This document shows positions 1 through 14,558 of a DNA stretch of 64,000 nt, in pieces (positions within the stretch are counted from its first letter, which is position 1; every line of letters starts with the position of its first letter). Source of the stretch: Eledone cirrhosa (Eukaryota); assembly GCA_964016885.1 (NCBI GenBank), contig OZ024756.1, positions 31,372,001 through 31,436,000 of the forward strand, written 5' to 3'. Under the pieces are notes generated by a model. That model made no database searches and was not told where the DNA came from. It saw only the letters and a list, made by a program, of their open reading frames with translations. The translations under genes were made by a program, and so were the position numbers.

Positions 1-136
1 CAGTAAATTATTTTGGCTTTATGTTTTGTTTCTTCTTCTTGGAATACGAAGTCGTTATTTCCATCAAGGAGTGTTATCTGCTTCCATTGAATAAATATGG
101 AAATATGTTTGTCAATGGGGAAGGTGAGGGCCATGC

Positions 137-209
<73 letters not shown>

Positions 210-304
210 TATACATATACATATATATGAGAGTGTGTGAATACCTGTCTGTGAATATGTGTATTGAAGTCAAATTACTAATGTAAATAAATAAATTTAA
301 AAAA

Positions 305-335
<31 letters not shown>

Positions 336-427
336 GAGAGAGAGAGATAGAAACACAGAGAGAGAGGGAGAGATAGAGAGAAAGAGAGGTACATGTGTGT
401 ATATATACATATGTATCTATATATATA

Positions 428-458
<31 letters not shown>

Positions 459-479
459 GTGTGTATGTGTATATATATA

Positions 480-524
<45 letters not shown>

Positions 525-536
525 ATATATACAGAC

Positions 537-587
<51 letters not shown>

Positions 588-702
588 ATAAACAAAATAT
601 TATTAGGCATATTTTGTATAATTTGTTTATGTATTAAGTCGGGAGAAAATGTCTCTTGATATTGATTTTCAATTTACTTTGACTATCTCTCCGCTTCATG
701 TC

Positions 703-734
<32 letters not shown>

Positions 735-1061
735 ATGTGTGTGTGTGTGTGTGTGTGTGCGTGTGTGTGTCTGTGTGTGTGTCTGTGTGTCTGTGAGTCT
801 GTGTGCCTGTGTATGTGTGTCTGTGTGTGTAGATATCTGTGTGTGTTGTGGGGGTTGTGTGCCTGACTTTCAAGAGCCTTGATAAGAAAGCAAAATACCT
901 TATCTTCACTGGCATATCGCAAAACCCATATTTTTAGACATACTTTAAAGATAAACAACTAATAAACCAACAAGCCAACAAGAAATGGAATATAAATATA
1001 TATATATATTCCTTCCATATACTGTGTACCGATTGTCTTGTTATTTCTCTTTACCTTTTAC

Positions 1062-1121
<60 letters not shown>

Positions 1122-1122
1122 T

Positions 1123-1232
<110 letters not shown>

Positions 1233-1321
1233 ATTACATATATATATACATTTACATCAATATATATATATACATTTACATATATATATATATATATTTA
1301 CATATATATATATATATATAC

Positions 1322-1379
<58 letters not shown>

Positions 1380-1380
1380 T

Positions 1381-1493
<113 letters not shown>

Positions 1494-1509
1494 TTACATA
1501 TATATATGC

Positions 1510-1575
<66 letters not shown>

Positions 1576-2297
1576 GTATATAAATGTATAAATGTATAAA
1601 TGTATAGAAATAAAATACAATACAATAGTGTCTAACATGAACATTTTAAATGGCTGCTTTTACTTGCACAGTAATATAAGTAATTCTCATACTGCTAAAT
1701 CCCCAACACTGACAGCACCAAAGGGAAACAACCCAGAAATCAAGCAATAAAGATATAAAAAGTATATATCATGATTGTCATTTAACCAACGAATCGAGCA
1801 GCTGTAAAAAGAATTACCATGTAGAAAATCAATACAAAGTAATCATTTTTTTTATATACGAAAAAGCTTTAAGGAGAAAAAAGACACTCCTTAACGTAGT
1901 CGTCTGTTTTTATGTATTTTTGGTATGTTTTTTGAGTGTATGTGTGTGTATGTGTGTTTTTTTAGCTTTTAAGATGTCTATCTTAGTTTCGGAAGGAAGA
2001 GTTTGAGAAAGGAAAAGATGGAATTGGTGGAAAAAGAGAGAAAGTTAGAGGTAACAGTGAGACGAAGGGAAAAAAGTGGATTTTTTTTTTTTAAACTGGG
2101 TTTGTGAATAGTAATCTTTTTATGTATATGTAATTTCTTTTTAGTATTGTTGGTGGGTTTTGTTTTTTTTTTTGCTATTTTTTGTTGTTGCTGTTGTTGT
2201 TGTTGATATTGTTGTTTAGTTTCTACAGAAGACGCACCCTCGTCGAAAAGACCTGTTGCATACCAAAACCAATAGCTCGTCACTCAAATGATTAGAT

Positions 2298-2397
<100 letters not shown>

Positions 2398-2446
2398 TAT
2401 ATACATATAAACATATATACATCTATGTGTGTTGTTGTTTTGGTTG

Positions 2447-3191
2447 TCGGCCCTCCGTCTTTCCCAACGTCAAGTGCTCCAGTGCACTAGTTGATTCAAT
2501 CAATGGACCTGCCTGCTCAGATCAGTTAACATAGTCCTGATGACGATTAATCGTCACACACTGTATGACAGGGCTGGTTCCTCCAATTAAAAGTACAACT
2601 CATGTTTTGCCAGTTGAGGCCCCACTCGGTCACAAATGACCATCGTTTTGTACCTAGAAAGTTTCCCTCCGAGGCACAAGCCTGGGCAAGGTTTGTTTTG
2701 TGGAAGACCAGTAGTCCCCCCCCCCCCCGCCCGCCATACATACCAGTCTCATCTCTACACACCACCGATGATAGGCCAAGGGAAAGGTAATGACCGCTAC
2801 TGCTTGGCACCAGTGACGTCACAACTCATATATACATTATATGCACACTACTGCAGTATATATACACTATATATACATTATATGCACACTACTGCAATAT
2901 ATATACACTATATATATACATTATATACAAACTATATACAGTATATATACATTATATACATGCCATGTACAGTATATATACACTATTTATGATGTTGTCC
3001 AAGGGAAAGGCAATGACCGATACAGCTTGGCACCAGTGACGTCGCAATTCATTTCTACAGCTGAGTAAACTGGAGCAACGTGTAATAAAATGTCTTGCTC
3101 AAGGACACAACGCATCAGCCGGTCCGATAATCAAACTCACAACCTCTCAGTTGCAAACCAAATGCTCTAACCACTAAGCCATGCGCCTTCA
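2447..3191 (-). mobile_element. tRNA-derived SINE (cephalopod-type, CORE-like body), with internal duplication
   Basis: Minus strand from 3191 reads TGAAGGCGCATGGCTTAGTGGTTAGAGC (A box) ... GTGAGTTTGAT (degenerate B box) ... GTGTCCTTGAGCAAGACATTTTATTACACGTTGCTCCAGTTTACTCAGCTG. Related heads at 3195-3330, 19180-19315 and 32280-32403. The 3' boundary is approximate. Confidence 0.75.
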
Positions 3192-3334
3192 TATGCCAGT
3201 TGAGTTGACCGAATACAACGTGAAATAAACAGCTTGTTCAAAGACATATTGCAACTCCCGATTCACCGATTCAAGAATTAACCCATGACCTTACAATCTT
3301 AAATCCAGCACCTTAACTTACTACGTCACATGCA

Positions 3335-3946
3335 TACAAGGATCGGCTTAAAGGTTCATAAGCAGAAAAGTTCATAGGCTGGCCAAAATACTCACATGAA
3401 ATGACCAAAGAAGGTTTATTTTTCAACATAGTCCATGGAACGAAACAATAAAGTTATCAATAAGAAGAGTTGAAATTAATACATGTAAGATTTTACAGCT
3501 CTAACATCACTCGTTCATAGGCATGATCTTTTCAGCTGATCCTTGTACAGCACAGTAAGCTACAAACTACACCAAACATATATATTTCATAGCTCTAGCA
3601 TCACTCCTTCATAATCCTTCTATGAACTTTTCAGTTGATCCTGGTACACCACACTAAGGTTAAAACTACGCCAAATATATACATTTCACAGCTCTAGCAT
3701 CACTCCTTGAGAATCATCCTATGAATTTTTCAGCTAATCATGGTACACCTCACTAAAATTAAAACTACACCAAACATAGATTTAACAACTCTAGCATCAC
3801 TCCTTCATAATCATACTATGAAATTTTCAGCTGATCTTGGTATACACCACTAAGATTAAAATTAAAAACTACACCAAACAAAGATTTCACAGCTCTACCA
3901 TCACTCCTCCATGGTCATCCTTTGAAGGGTTCTGCTGATCCTTGTA
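3335..3946. mobile_element. mariner/Tc1-type MITE with tandemly amplified right end
   Basis: Left end TGCATACAAGGATC (3331) is a perfect inverted match to right end GATCCTTGTATGCA (to 3950). TA at both termini, mariner-like GAAAAGTTCATA subterminal motif, and five right-end copies ending at 3547, 3646, 3745, 3842 and 3946. Confidence 0.65.
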
Positions 3947-4269
3947 TGCAAAGCATAGAGTATTGAAGACAACACTTAAATTCAGTATAAAATAAAGTAT
4001 TGCAAATATAATATAAAATTGATATTTTTTCAAACCATCGTTAGTAATCTCCAATGTAAAATATAAAAGTAAAAATGGTAGTCAAAATCATGAAAACAAC
4101 CAGTTGTCGTAATGTTTCTGTTTACTAAATGTCACTGACAGCCTATTAGTTAAACTGAAGGTGGTTGTAGGAGGCATTTAGCAAATGTGAGAAGGCTCAC
4201 TGGGATCAAGCCTGAAAGCTCATGATTTCGAAACTAAGTTCATACACACATATGCACACATACATAAAC

Positions 4270-4327
<58 letters not shown>

Positions 4328-4355
4328 ATATATATATGTGTGTGTATATAAATGT

Positions 4356-4465
<110 letters not shown>

Positions 4466-4574
4466 ATATATATATATGTGTGTAAACGTATATGTATATG
4501 TGTGTATATAAATGTATAAATATATATATATATATATATATGTGTGTAAACGTATATGTATATGTGTGTGTATG

Positions 4575-4621
<47 letters not shown>

Positions 4622-4695
4622 GTATGTATGAATGTATGTATCTGTGTGTGTGTGTCATGTTTATATATGTATGTACATGAATGTATATATATATG

Positions 4696-4783
<88 letters not shown>

Positions 4784-4931
4784 TATATATACATTCATGT
4801 ACATACATATATAAACATGACACACACACACAGATACATACATTCATACATACATGTATGAATGTATGTATGTATCTGTGTGTGTGTGTCATGTTTATAT
4901 ATGTATGTACATGAATGTATATATATATATG

Positions 4932-5021
<90 letters not shown>

Positions 5022-5117
5022 CATATTATATATTAAAACATATATACATATACATACATATATATACATATATGCATACATATATATATAGAGAGATATA
5101 CACACACACACACACAC

Positions 5118-5227
<110 letters not shown>

Positions 5228-5447
5228 TATATAAGCATATACATTATCATGTTACTTATTTTTAAAACAAATCCAACTAATATAATGTAAGTGTACGTTG
5301 TGTTGTCGCTGCTCTGGACAGTTCATATACGTTGCCAAGTCCTTACAAAAGCTGTCTATTTGTTCAGAAGCTTAATCAAATGAAAGAATATCGGAAAAGA
5401 GATTTCTTTCCAACTTCATCCCTCTCCGCCCCCTTTCTTTCTCTCTC

Positions 5448-5507
<60 letters not shown>

Positions 5508-5656
5508 TCTCACTCATATTCTATATTCATTATTCTAGTTTCACTTTCAGTTTCGTTTTGACTTTGTTTCCTCTCTCTCTCTCTCTCGCTCTCTCTCTCA
5601 CTCATATTCTATATTCATTATTCTAGTTTCACTTTCAGTTTCGTTTTGACTTTGTT

Positions 5657-5792
<136 letters not shown>

Positions 5793-6414
5793 ACCTTAAA
5801 TCTGCATCTGAATAGAAGAGTCAAGCAACAATACGACCTCCCATTGATTCATCTGCCAAGTCTTTCTAGAGTCTCATCATTCATTTTCTAACGAAAAGTT
5901 GACATTGACTTTTTCCATTGAAGAAACTTTTGATTTTTTTTTTTTTTTTCCCATCTTTAATGTTGCTTTAGCGATTTTTTTTTTTTTTTGTCAATTTCAT
6001 TATATTTTTTTTATTTTCCTTTTATTTTTAATTTTATTATTCCCCATCCCATCCAATCCCCATCCCCATTTTTCTTTTGCTTTACTTTATATTTTTTGTT
6101 CGTTTTGTCTTTTGTTTTCTTTACTACTGTTTTCCATGTTGTATCACATAGATTGGAAGACAAAGACAAGTTTCTGTCAAGTAAAATCTGTCTTTTCACG
6201 TCGTATATTTTTCTCTAGTCTTACCTCTATCTTTCCTTCTCTGTCACACAGTCTCCCTCTATCTCTCTCTTTCTCTCTATATATTATATATATATATATA
6301 TGTGTGTGTCTGTGTGTGTGTGTGTGTGTGTGGTGTGTTTAGTGGAGTATGTATAGAGACAGATGTATATATTGTTAGATATGTAGATAGACAGATATAA
6401 TATTCAAATATATC

Positions 6415-6496
<82 letters not shown>

Positions 6497-6585
6497 TATA
6501 TAGATAGATATGTGTCTGTATATGTGTGCCCGCTCACATATATATGGGGGGTTAGTGAAGTGTGTTTGTACATATATATATATAT

Positions 6586-6670
<85 letters not shown>

Positions 6671-6787
6671 TATACATATATATATAGATAGATATGTGTC
6701 TGTATATGTGTGTCGGCTCACATATATATGGGGGGGTAGTGAAGTGTGTTTGTACATATGTATATATGTACATATGTATATATGTAC

Positions 6788-6935
<148 letters not shown>

Positions 6936-7303
6936 CATACATACATATGTTACAACTCTATGTGAATGTCTGTAATTTCGAGTTGATTTGTTTGCTATTG
7001 CTTTCTTCCTTATCTCTTGGTTCTATTGTTATTGAAATACGACTTAAGATGTTAAAGAATCGATGAGACGATCTTAGTAACAGAAGACTGGAGATCACCA
7101 GAGATATTGTCTTAGAGTATATTTATTTTGAACAATTCCAACGCAGCGTGGTTTGTGAAATTTTATACACGGAAACTGTGTAGGAGACAGCTGTATATAT
7201 ATATATAAATATATATCTATCTATCCGGGAGCTTCCAACCGACATGGTCGCATTCTTTAAGAGTATGTCAATATTTGTTTATAAAACTGATCTATATTAT
7301 ATT

Positions 7304-7357
7304 TTATCTGATGAAAGCGCACCATAATTTGCTTTGGTGTCCTTGAAATATGTATAA
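7304..7357 (+). ncRNA. degenerate type I hammerhead ribozyme motif
   Basis: CTGATGA (7308-7314), stem II AAGCGCACCA/TGGTGTCCTT, GAAA (7345), TATG, TA, with AATAAA at 7361. Stem I is weak. Confidence 0.55.
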
Positions 7358-7497
7358 TGAAATAAATATGGTTTTATAAATATAGTTTCCATTTGTTAAT
7401 ATATTGTATATTTACTCCAATTAATTTGTTGAGTGCTTTATATCAGTTATAAAAATATTTACTTGTTGTATCCCAACAAATTGAATATAACTTCTAC

Positions 7498-7621
<124 letters not shown>

Positions 7622-7898
7622 GTATAAGCATGAATATATATTTACGTAGTATACTCAACTGATACTGGTGTACCAAGTATAGGGCACTCAACTAAATATA
7701 CATATATGCCTGTGAACGCAGGGGCATTGGTACAACGATGAGATGGAAACCACTAGATTAGAAGTTAGCTCATTGACTACTTAAATACGGTAATACGTAT
7801 TTCGATGGTAACTGTTATGTAACAGACAGCTGTTCCTTGAATAAAAATAAAATAACCAAAATTTGTTCTCCCCTTCTCTCTCTCTCTCTCTCTCTCTT

Positions 7899-7960
<62 letters not shown>

Positions 7961-7962
7961 TA

Positions 7963-8020
<58 letters not shown>

Positions 8021-8444
8021 CTGCGGTTATGTCAACTTAATCAATCAATTGAAAGTTTTGAGTTCGCAAAAATCGATTAATAAATACAAGTGTAATCAGA
8101 GGTAAGCACTCGACGTCAGTATACCATTACTCGTATGATATGGTATCAATCAGGTCTTTGTATGTGGAATATTTGTATAATAATGAAGTAGACGGCAATG
8201 AGATTATATTTCACTGCATTTTATCTATTACTTAATAGCCGTTATACGCATTTTCTTGATATCAGTTACATAATTTTAAACATTCAGATACAAATTCATC
8301 AGGCAGTTCTTGTCTGAATGAATATTACTGATGTAATTTGTTGATATATTAACAAAGATTATATATATACAAACATATAAATACATATTTATCTTCATAT
8401 ATACGCATATTTATGTAAATATATATCCATTAAATACATATATA

Positions 8445-8482
<38 letters not shown>

Positions 8483-8570
8483 AGATGTGTGTATAACTGT
8501 TATGGCCAGTTACTACAAACGGCGTCATACTAGTGCTCATTCTCCGCTGTTTCATACATATGTATATGTG

Positions 8571-8661
<91 letters not shown>

Positions 8662-8797
8662 GCATGTATGTATATATATAAATATATATATATACATATG
8701 TATATATAGAAATATATATATATGTATATATATGTGTATATAAATGAATAAACATTTATATATATTATATATATAAATATATATAAATAAATAAACA

Positions 8798-8838
<41 letters not shown>

Positions 8839-9306
8839 TCTAAAATGGAGTTAATTGTCCGAGAAATTATAATTTTGTTAACAACAACCCTTCTCTGACA
8901 TTTATATATTCGCTGTATTATTCATGATTCCTATCCTCTGACATTCAAGTCCTTTGTGTCTAATGAACAAGAAACCAATAATTATATCTTGATAAAGCCA
9001 TAAACAAAATGGAGCAGACCTTTGAAAATCGAATTTGATGTCTTGTGGGTGTCATAGACGCGTGTATATCGATTCTCATTGATTTTCATCGACCAACTAA
9101 GACTTATGGTTTCTTTGTATTTCTCCAGAAAAACTTGATGTTGTTTCTATAAACGATATTTCTTCTAAGTGTAGAATGCAGTCGCTTGCAACGATTACAG
9201 TATATTATATTATTTACTCCAAGCACATGAACATTATTATCTTTGCTATGAATATATATGTATAGATAAAGTTCTCTCTCTCTCTCTCTCCCTGTATATA
9301 TATATT

Positions 9307-9455
<149 letters not shown>

Positions 9456-9477
9456 AAGTAGAAACAATTATTATTAT

Positions 9478-9632
<155 letters not shown>

Positions 9633-9639
9633 TATATAG

Positions 9640-9736
<97 letters not shown>

Positions 9737-9746
9737 AGTAGAAACA

Positions 9747-9778
<32 letters not shown>

Positions 9779-10267
9779 TATATATTTCACAGAGAGGGAG
9801 AGAGAACTGGATCTATCTATCGCACTCACTTTCTATTGAAGAAATCGGATCGGCTGTTGTCCGATCTGGAGGGCGATCCAATCTGCCAGGTTTGAAATGT
9901 TCATGGGTTTAGGATGGCGCCCCTAAGACTCCAACAGAATTTAAGTCCGCCCATAGACCTCCCATCCAGGAAGGAAAAAAGCAAATATGAAATAGATATT
10001 GCCGCACTCTTTATCAAGATTATGTTTTTGAGAAAGAAAAATGTAGTTAATATTCATCTCTGTGTGTAACTCGAAGCGTAGTACCACCGTATCCTTGCGT
10101 GATATCGGGTCATAAACCATTGCTTCAAAAAACGATGCCATATTGGAGAATGTATACTATCATGGGTTGTGAAACTCTAACCCCAGCTATCACAGATTGA
10201 AATAGTTTTTTATTTACTCAATGACGTGATAAACTGTAGGAACTAATATAATGCACAGCATAGGTTG

Positions 10268-10421
<154 letters not shown>

Positions 10422-10555
10422 GTAGATAAATCTACCAAAAGTTTACGGTAGTGTCCAATCCGTATGAAGAACTCAATGTAATCCGGATATCATGAAAAGA
10501 AGAGATGCATTCAAAGATCACTTCCGGTGAAAGATAAACGGAAAACAGAGTCAAG

Positions 10556-10560
<5 letters not shown>
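10422..10560 (-). mobile_element. 5'-truncated 3' end of the HHR element family at 34845-35188, in (TA)n
   Basis: Reverse complement aligns to ~35050-35189 (TTTATCTTGACTCTG...CATTGAGTTCTTCATACGGATTGGACACTACCGTAAACT...GTAGATTTATCTACA). (TA)n on both sides. Confidence 0.85.
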
Positions 10561-10644
<84 letters not shown>

Positions 10645-10649
10645 TATAT

Positions 10650-10815
10650 TTGAGCAAAAATCACGAGCGCTCTATCTCAAAATTATTTTTGAAAAGCATT
10701 AGAAATGCGCAACCGGTATAAACGTAAAACTGAAACTGAATACTAACTAATACTTATTACTCATTAAACTATTTTTCACTGGGAAAAATTTGCCACCATT
10801 TTCTTTTCCTTTTTA

Positions 10816-10820
<5 letters not shown>
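10650..10820 (+). mobile_element. short (TA)n-flanked dispersed repeat (second copy at 51580-51770, opposite strand)
   Basis: Shared GCTCTATCTCAAAATT..TTTTGAAAAGCATTAGAAATGCGCAACCGGT...TTAAACTATTTTTCACTG. Both copies are bounded by (TA)n. Confidence 0.75.
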
Positions 10821-10884
<64 letters not shown>

Positions 10885-10950
10885 TTATGTTGTATGTATG
10901 TATATGTGTAATATATATATGTATGTAGGTTCCACATACTCACACACGCC

Positions 10951-10982
<32 letters not shown>

Positions 10983-11067
10983 CTTACATTCATACATACA
11001 AATATAAATGCATACATACATTCAAACATATATACATAAGCAATGAATAACTTTAAAACTAAACAAA

Positions 11068-11112
<45 letters not shown>

Positions 11113-11262
11113 AAAGAAATAAGATTTCGCTTCAAGCTTTATACAATATGTATAGAAATTTCGTATTTCTAAAGAAATACGGTTTTAGGAAGCCGTAGCT
11201 ATGTAAACACCGGGGGGGGGGCTTACGCCTTCTGGTGGTGTCCAGCAGAAGCAAGGGGGACA

Positions 11263-11306
11263 ACCGTCTATGCATTTCAGGCTTAACTGGCCATCGTCAG
11301 GACAAT
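11263..11306 (-). ncRNA. type I hammerhead ribozyme motif
   Basis: Minus strand: ATTGTC CTGACGA TGGCCAGTTAAGCCT GAAA TGCA TA GACGGT. Stem I is 6 bp with two G-U pairs. Confidence 0.8.
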
Positions 11307-11539
11307 CCCTCCCCCTTTAGCTACGGCCTCCTAAAACCGTATTTCTTTAGAAATACGAAATTTCTATACGTATTGTATAAAGCTATGCTTGAAGCGAAAT
11401 CTTATTTCTTTTCTATTATGAGTTGAGCCAACTTATGCAGCTTCATATTCAAATGAGATTAATCACGTCTTTTGCACAGACGAGAAAACTATATATTCTC
11501 GCTTGTCTTCTAGTCCAGCAGTCGCCAACGTGTGGAGGG

Positions 11540-11583
11540 ACCGTCCTGACGATGGCCAGTCTAGCCTGAAATGCATAGACGGT
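11540..11583 (+). ncRNA. type I hammerhead ribozyme motif
   Basis: ACCGTC CTGACGA TGGCCAGTCTAGCCT GAAA TGCA TA GACGGT. Perfect 6-bp stem I, GGC/GCC stem II, palindromic ATGCAT stem III, AUA site. Distal pairing GTCCAGCAG/CTGCTGGAC extends stem I. Confidence 0.88.
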
Positions 11584-11702
11584 TGTCCCCCTCGCTTCTG
11601 CTGGACATCACCAGAGAGCGTTAGCCACCCCTCACCCCCCACCCCATCCCGGTGTTTACTTACCTACGGCTTCCTAAAACTGTATTTCTTTAGAAATACG
11701 AA

Positions 11703-11737
<35 letters not shown>

Positions 11738-11747
11738 TATGTATGTA

Positions 11748-11821
<74 letters not shown>

Positions 11822-12225
11822 CATGTGTATATATATATATATATGTGTGTGTGTGAGTGTATATATATATATATATATAAGAATGTATGTATATATTTTT
11901 ATGTGTATAGGTGTATATATACATCAAGAGAATCATGGAAATTTAATACTTTATTGTCAATACACTCATTAATAATTATTCATTAAAATCCAGTGGTATA
12001 TTCATAGTCAGTTTGTAAGAATTATAAGATGTAGTAGAAGCTGCACATCCGCACAGCTGCACAGCTGCAACACATACCTAGTAACTTTAATGTACTTTGA
12101 CTGGCAAATTACTTATAATTCTCTTTGGTAAGGCAGCGCACAGAAATCTCTACCTAATTGCAATTTCTCGTGTATTATATTTATTATATTATATCCTGGT
12201 ATATATGAATATTTGTGTATGTATT

Positions 12226-12262
<37 letters not shown>

Positions 12263-12269
12263 ATGTATT

Positions 12270-12445
<176 letters not shown>

Positions 12446-12551
12446 AATATAAGTGGGTGCGTGTATTAGAGCGATGCAATGTGGGGGGGGCGGCGTTGGT
12501 GTGTATTTGTGTGTGTATGTATTATTCATAAATACATACATATATGTATTA

Positions 12552-12617
<66 letters not shown>

Positions 12618-13113
12618 TGTGTATGAATATATAGATATATATAAATACATACATGTATAAATAAATAAATATATATATACAATAGCTAGATACATATATA
12701 TATATATATATATATATAAATGTGCATGTGTGGGTGTGTGAAGATGTATCTGCTCATAAGTGTGTGTATGTGTAATAGGTTCTGTAACACGTGTGTCAAT
12801 TATATAGCATCTTCAAAGCACACAGAGCTTAGTGAAGAAGAATTATTTATTTGTCGAATAAGATTTATCAATATAAAGATGAACCAATTAATGACACCTC
12901 GCGTTCGATTTCAGTGGATAGTCGCTTGCTTTCAATCATCAAAAGCCAATTGGTCGAATTATCACACATACAGATCTACTCACTAATTATATTTCATGCC
13001 TGCTATCAATTAATCAATATCATTTTTATTTTGTAAAGGAACGAGAGATAGTGACGTAAACCTGCATTGACAATTGTGGTTAAAATGAATGTGTGCATAC
13101 GTACATACGTACG

Positions 13114-13222
<109 letters not shown>

Positions 13223-13234
13223 ATGTATATATAA

Positions 13235-13265
<31 letters not shown>

Positions 13266-13277
13266 TGTATGTATATG

Positions 13278-13322
<45 letters not shown>

Positions 13323-13358
13323 ATGTGTATATATATATATATATGATATATATATATA

Positions 13359-13411
<53 letters not shown>

Positions 13412-13891
13412 TATACATGAAGTAACGGAGTCAGAAACTTGATAAACACACACTCTCTCTGGTGCATTTTCTTCTCTATATATGTCTATATATATATATA
13501 TATATATACGAGATATGATTACCAGATACATCATCTATTTGCTTAGGGGATTTACTTCTCAAGTACGTGGCTTCAGTTAGTTTAGTCCTGCTGCTTGGCA
13601 CCTATATCCAAATATAATTTACATAATTAAAACTAAAAATGGCCACCTGTAACATGACATTGAATGACAAAGAAAGGTCAACATGACTCCTTTTGGTCCT
13701 GTTTGTGATAGAAACACATAAATGCATAAATTATCTCAATATTCCGAACGAACTAAAATTGAAATAAATTCTACGTCATGCGCACTGAAACATGGCAGCC
13801 ATTTATATATGATATCTGAGAAGGTATCGACATTTGCTAGGAGGTTGATTGATGTAATCATTCTAAAGGTTTGGTGATAAGTGTATGTATG

Positions 13892-13925
<34 letters not shown>

Positions 13926-13927
13926 TG

Positions 13928-14541
13928 TTGTGTCAGGTCACCAGTTGGTGCTACTGGTAACATGTATCCCAGTACAACCTGTCTCATGGTCGGGTCGTTG
14001 GCGACTAAACTGGCAACCCCACCAAGGTTTCTTGGTGAGGAGGGTGGCTTTGGACATCCTGCAGGACTAAAAACAAAACCTGTCAAAAGGCAAAGGGGCT
14101 CTTAAGAGTCAATAGCCATCCAAAATCACCGGGAGAGATGACCCCTTAGCCTTTGTCAAGGCAGAATTCTAGGAGAAGGAAAACTCTGATATAACACCTG
14201 CAACCCTGATGGTATCCAATGATGTTGAATTGTTCTTCTTTTTGGTAAATATCATCTTGGTTAAGAGAGTGGGACTGGCTTTGTGCAGTGCCTTTGCTCA
14301 CTATAAAAGTTTCACAGCACAGGCATTGCTTTATATCTGGAGATCTCTCTGCACTTGTCGTCACATGGTACCATGGGCCCAGCACTATGTGTCAATAATT
14401 GTCACAAGTGTAGTGTTTGTACCAGAGTTTTCAAGTCGCTGGCTGGACTAAAAAGTCACATTCGTTCAGCGCATTGGTAGGGGTTCTCCTACATGGATAT
14501 AAAGTAGTGGCCGTACTCGAAAACGAGTTGGCAGCCACCAT
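13928..14541 (+). mobile_element. RTE-derived bipartite non-autonomous retroposon, copy 1 (apparently full length)
   Basis: The 3' part encodes an RTE-like C-terminal C2H2 finger HKCSVCTRVFKSLAGLKSHIRSAHW* (14403-14480). It ends GTGGCCGTACTCGAAAACGAGTTGGCAGCCACCA followed by (TGTA)n. No RT sequence between the UTR-like 5' part and this end. Confidence 0.75.
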
Positions 14542-14558
14542 GTATGTATGTATATATG

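Larger units (their letters stand above)
11111..11706. mobile_element. Penelope-like/retrozyme-like non-autonomous element with two hammerheads, inverted plus partial tandem structure
   Basis: 11111-11316 is an inverted copy of 11534-11706 and 11318-11410. A 43-bp direct repeat lies at 11321-11363 and 11664-11706. (TA)n on both flanks. Confidence 0.8.

Noticed and set aside
2538-2560. CTGATGA followed by a small hairpin
   Set aside because: No GAAA box after the hairpin, so not a hammerhead.
3061-3191. tRNA gene (also 32330-32403 and the other SINE heads)
   Set aside because: A/B boxes continue into SINE bodies and there is no intact cloverleaf.
8838-9240. Possible host exon or enhancer in unique sequence (also 12770-13080, 35500-36030)
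   Set aside because: Only an isolated acceptor-like TTTCTCCAG and TAAT motifs, with no ORF/donor pair. Cannot be supported without conservation or RNA data.
9840-10200. Possible very decayed Tc1/mariner catalytic region on minus (YILQYG, ADLNSV)
   Set aside because: Similarity too weak to support without a database search.
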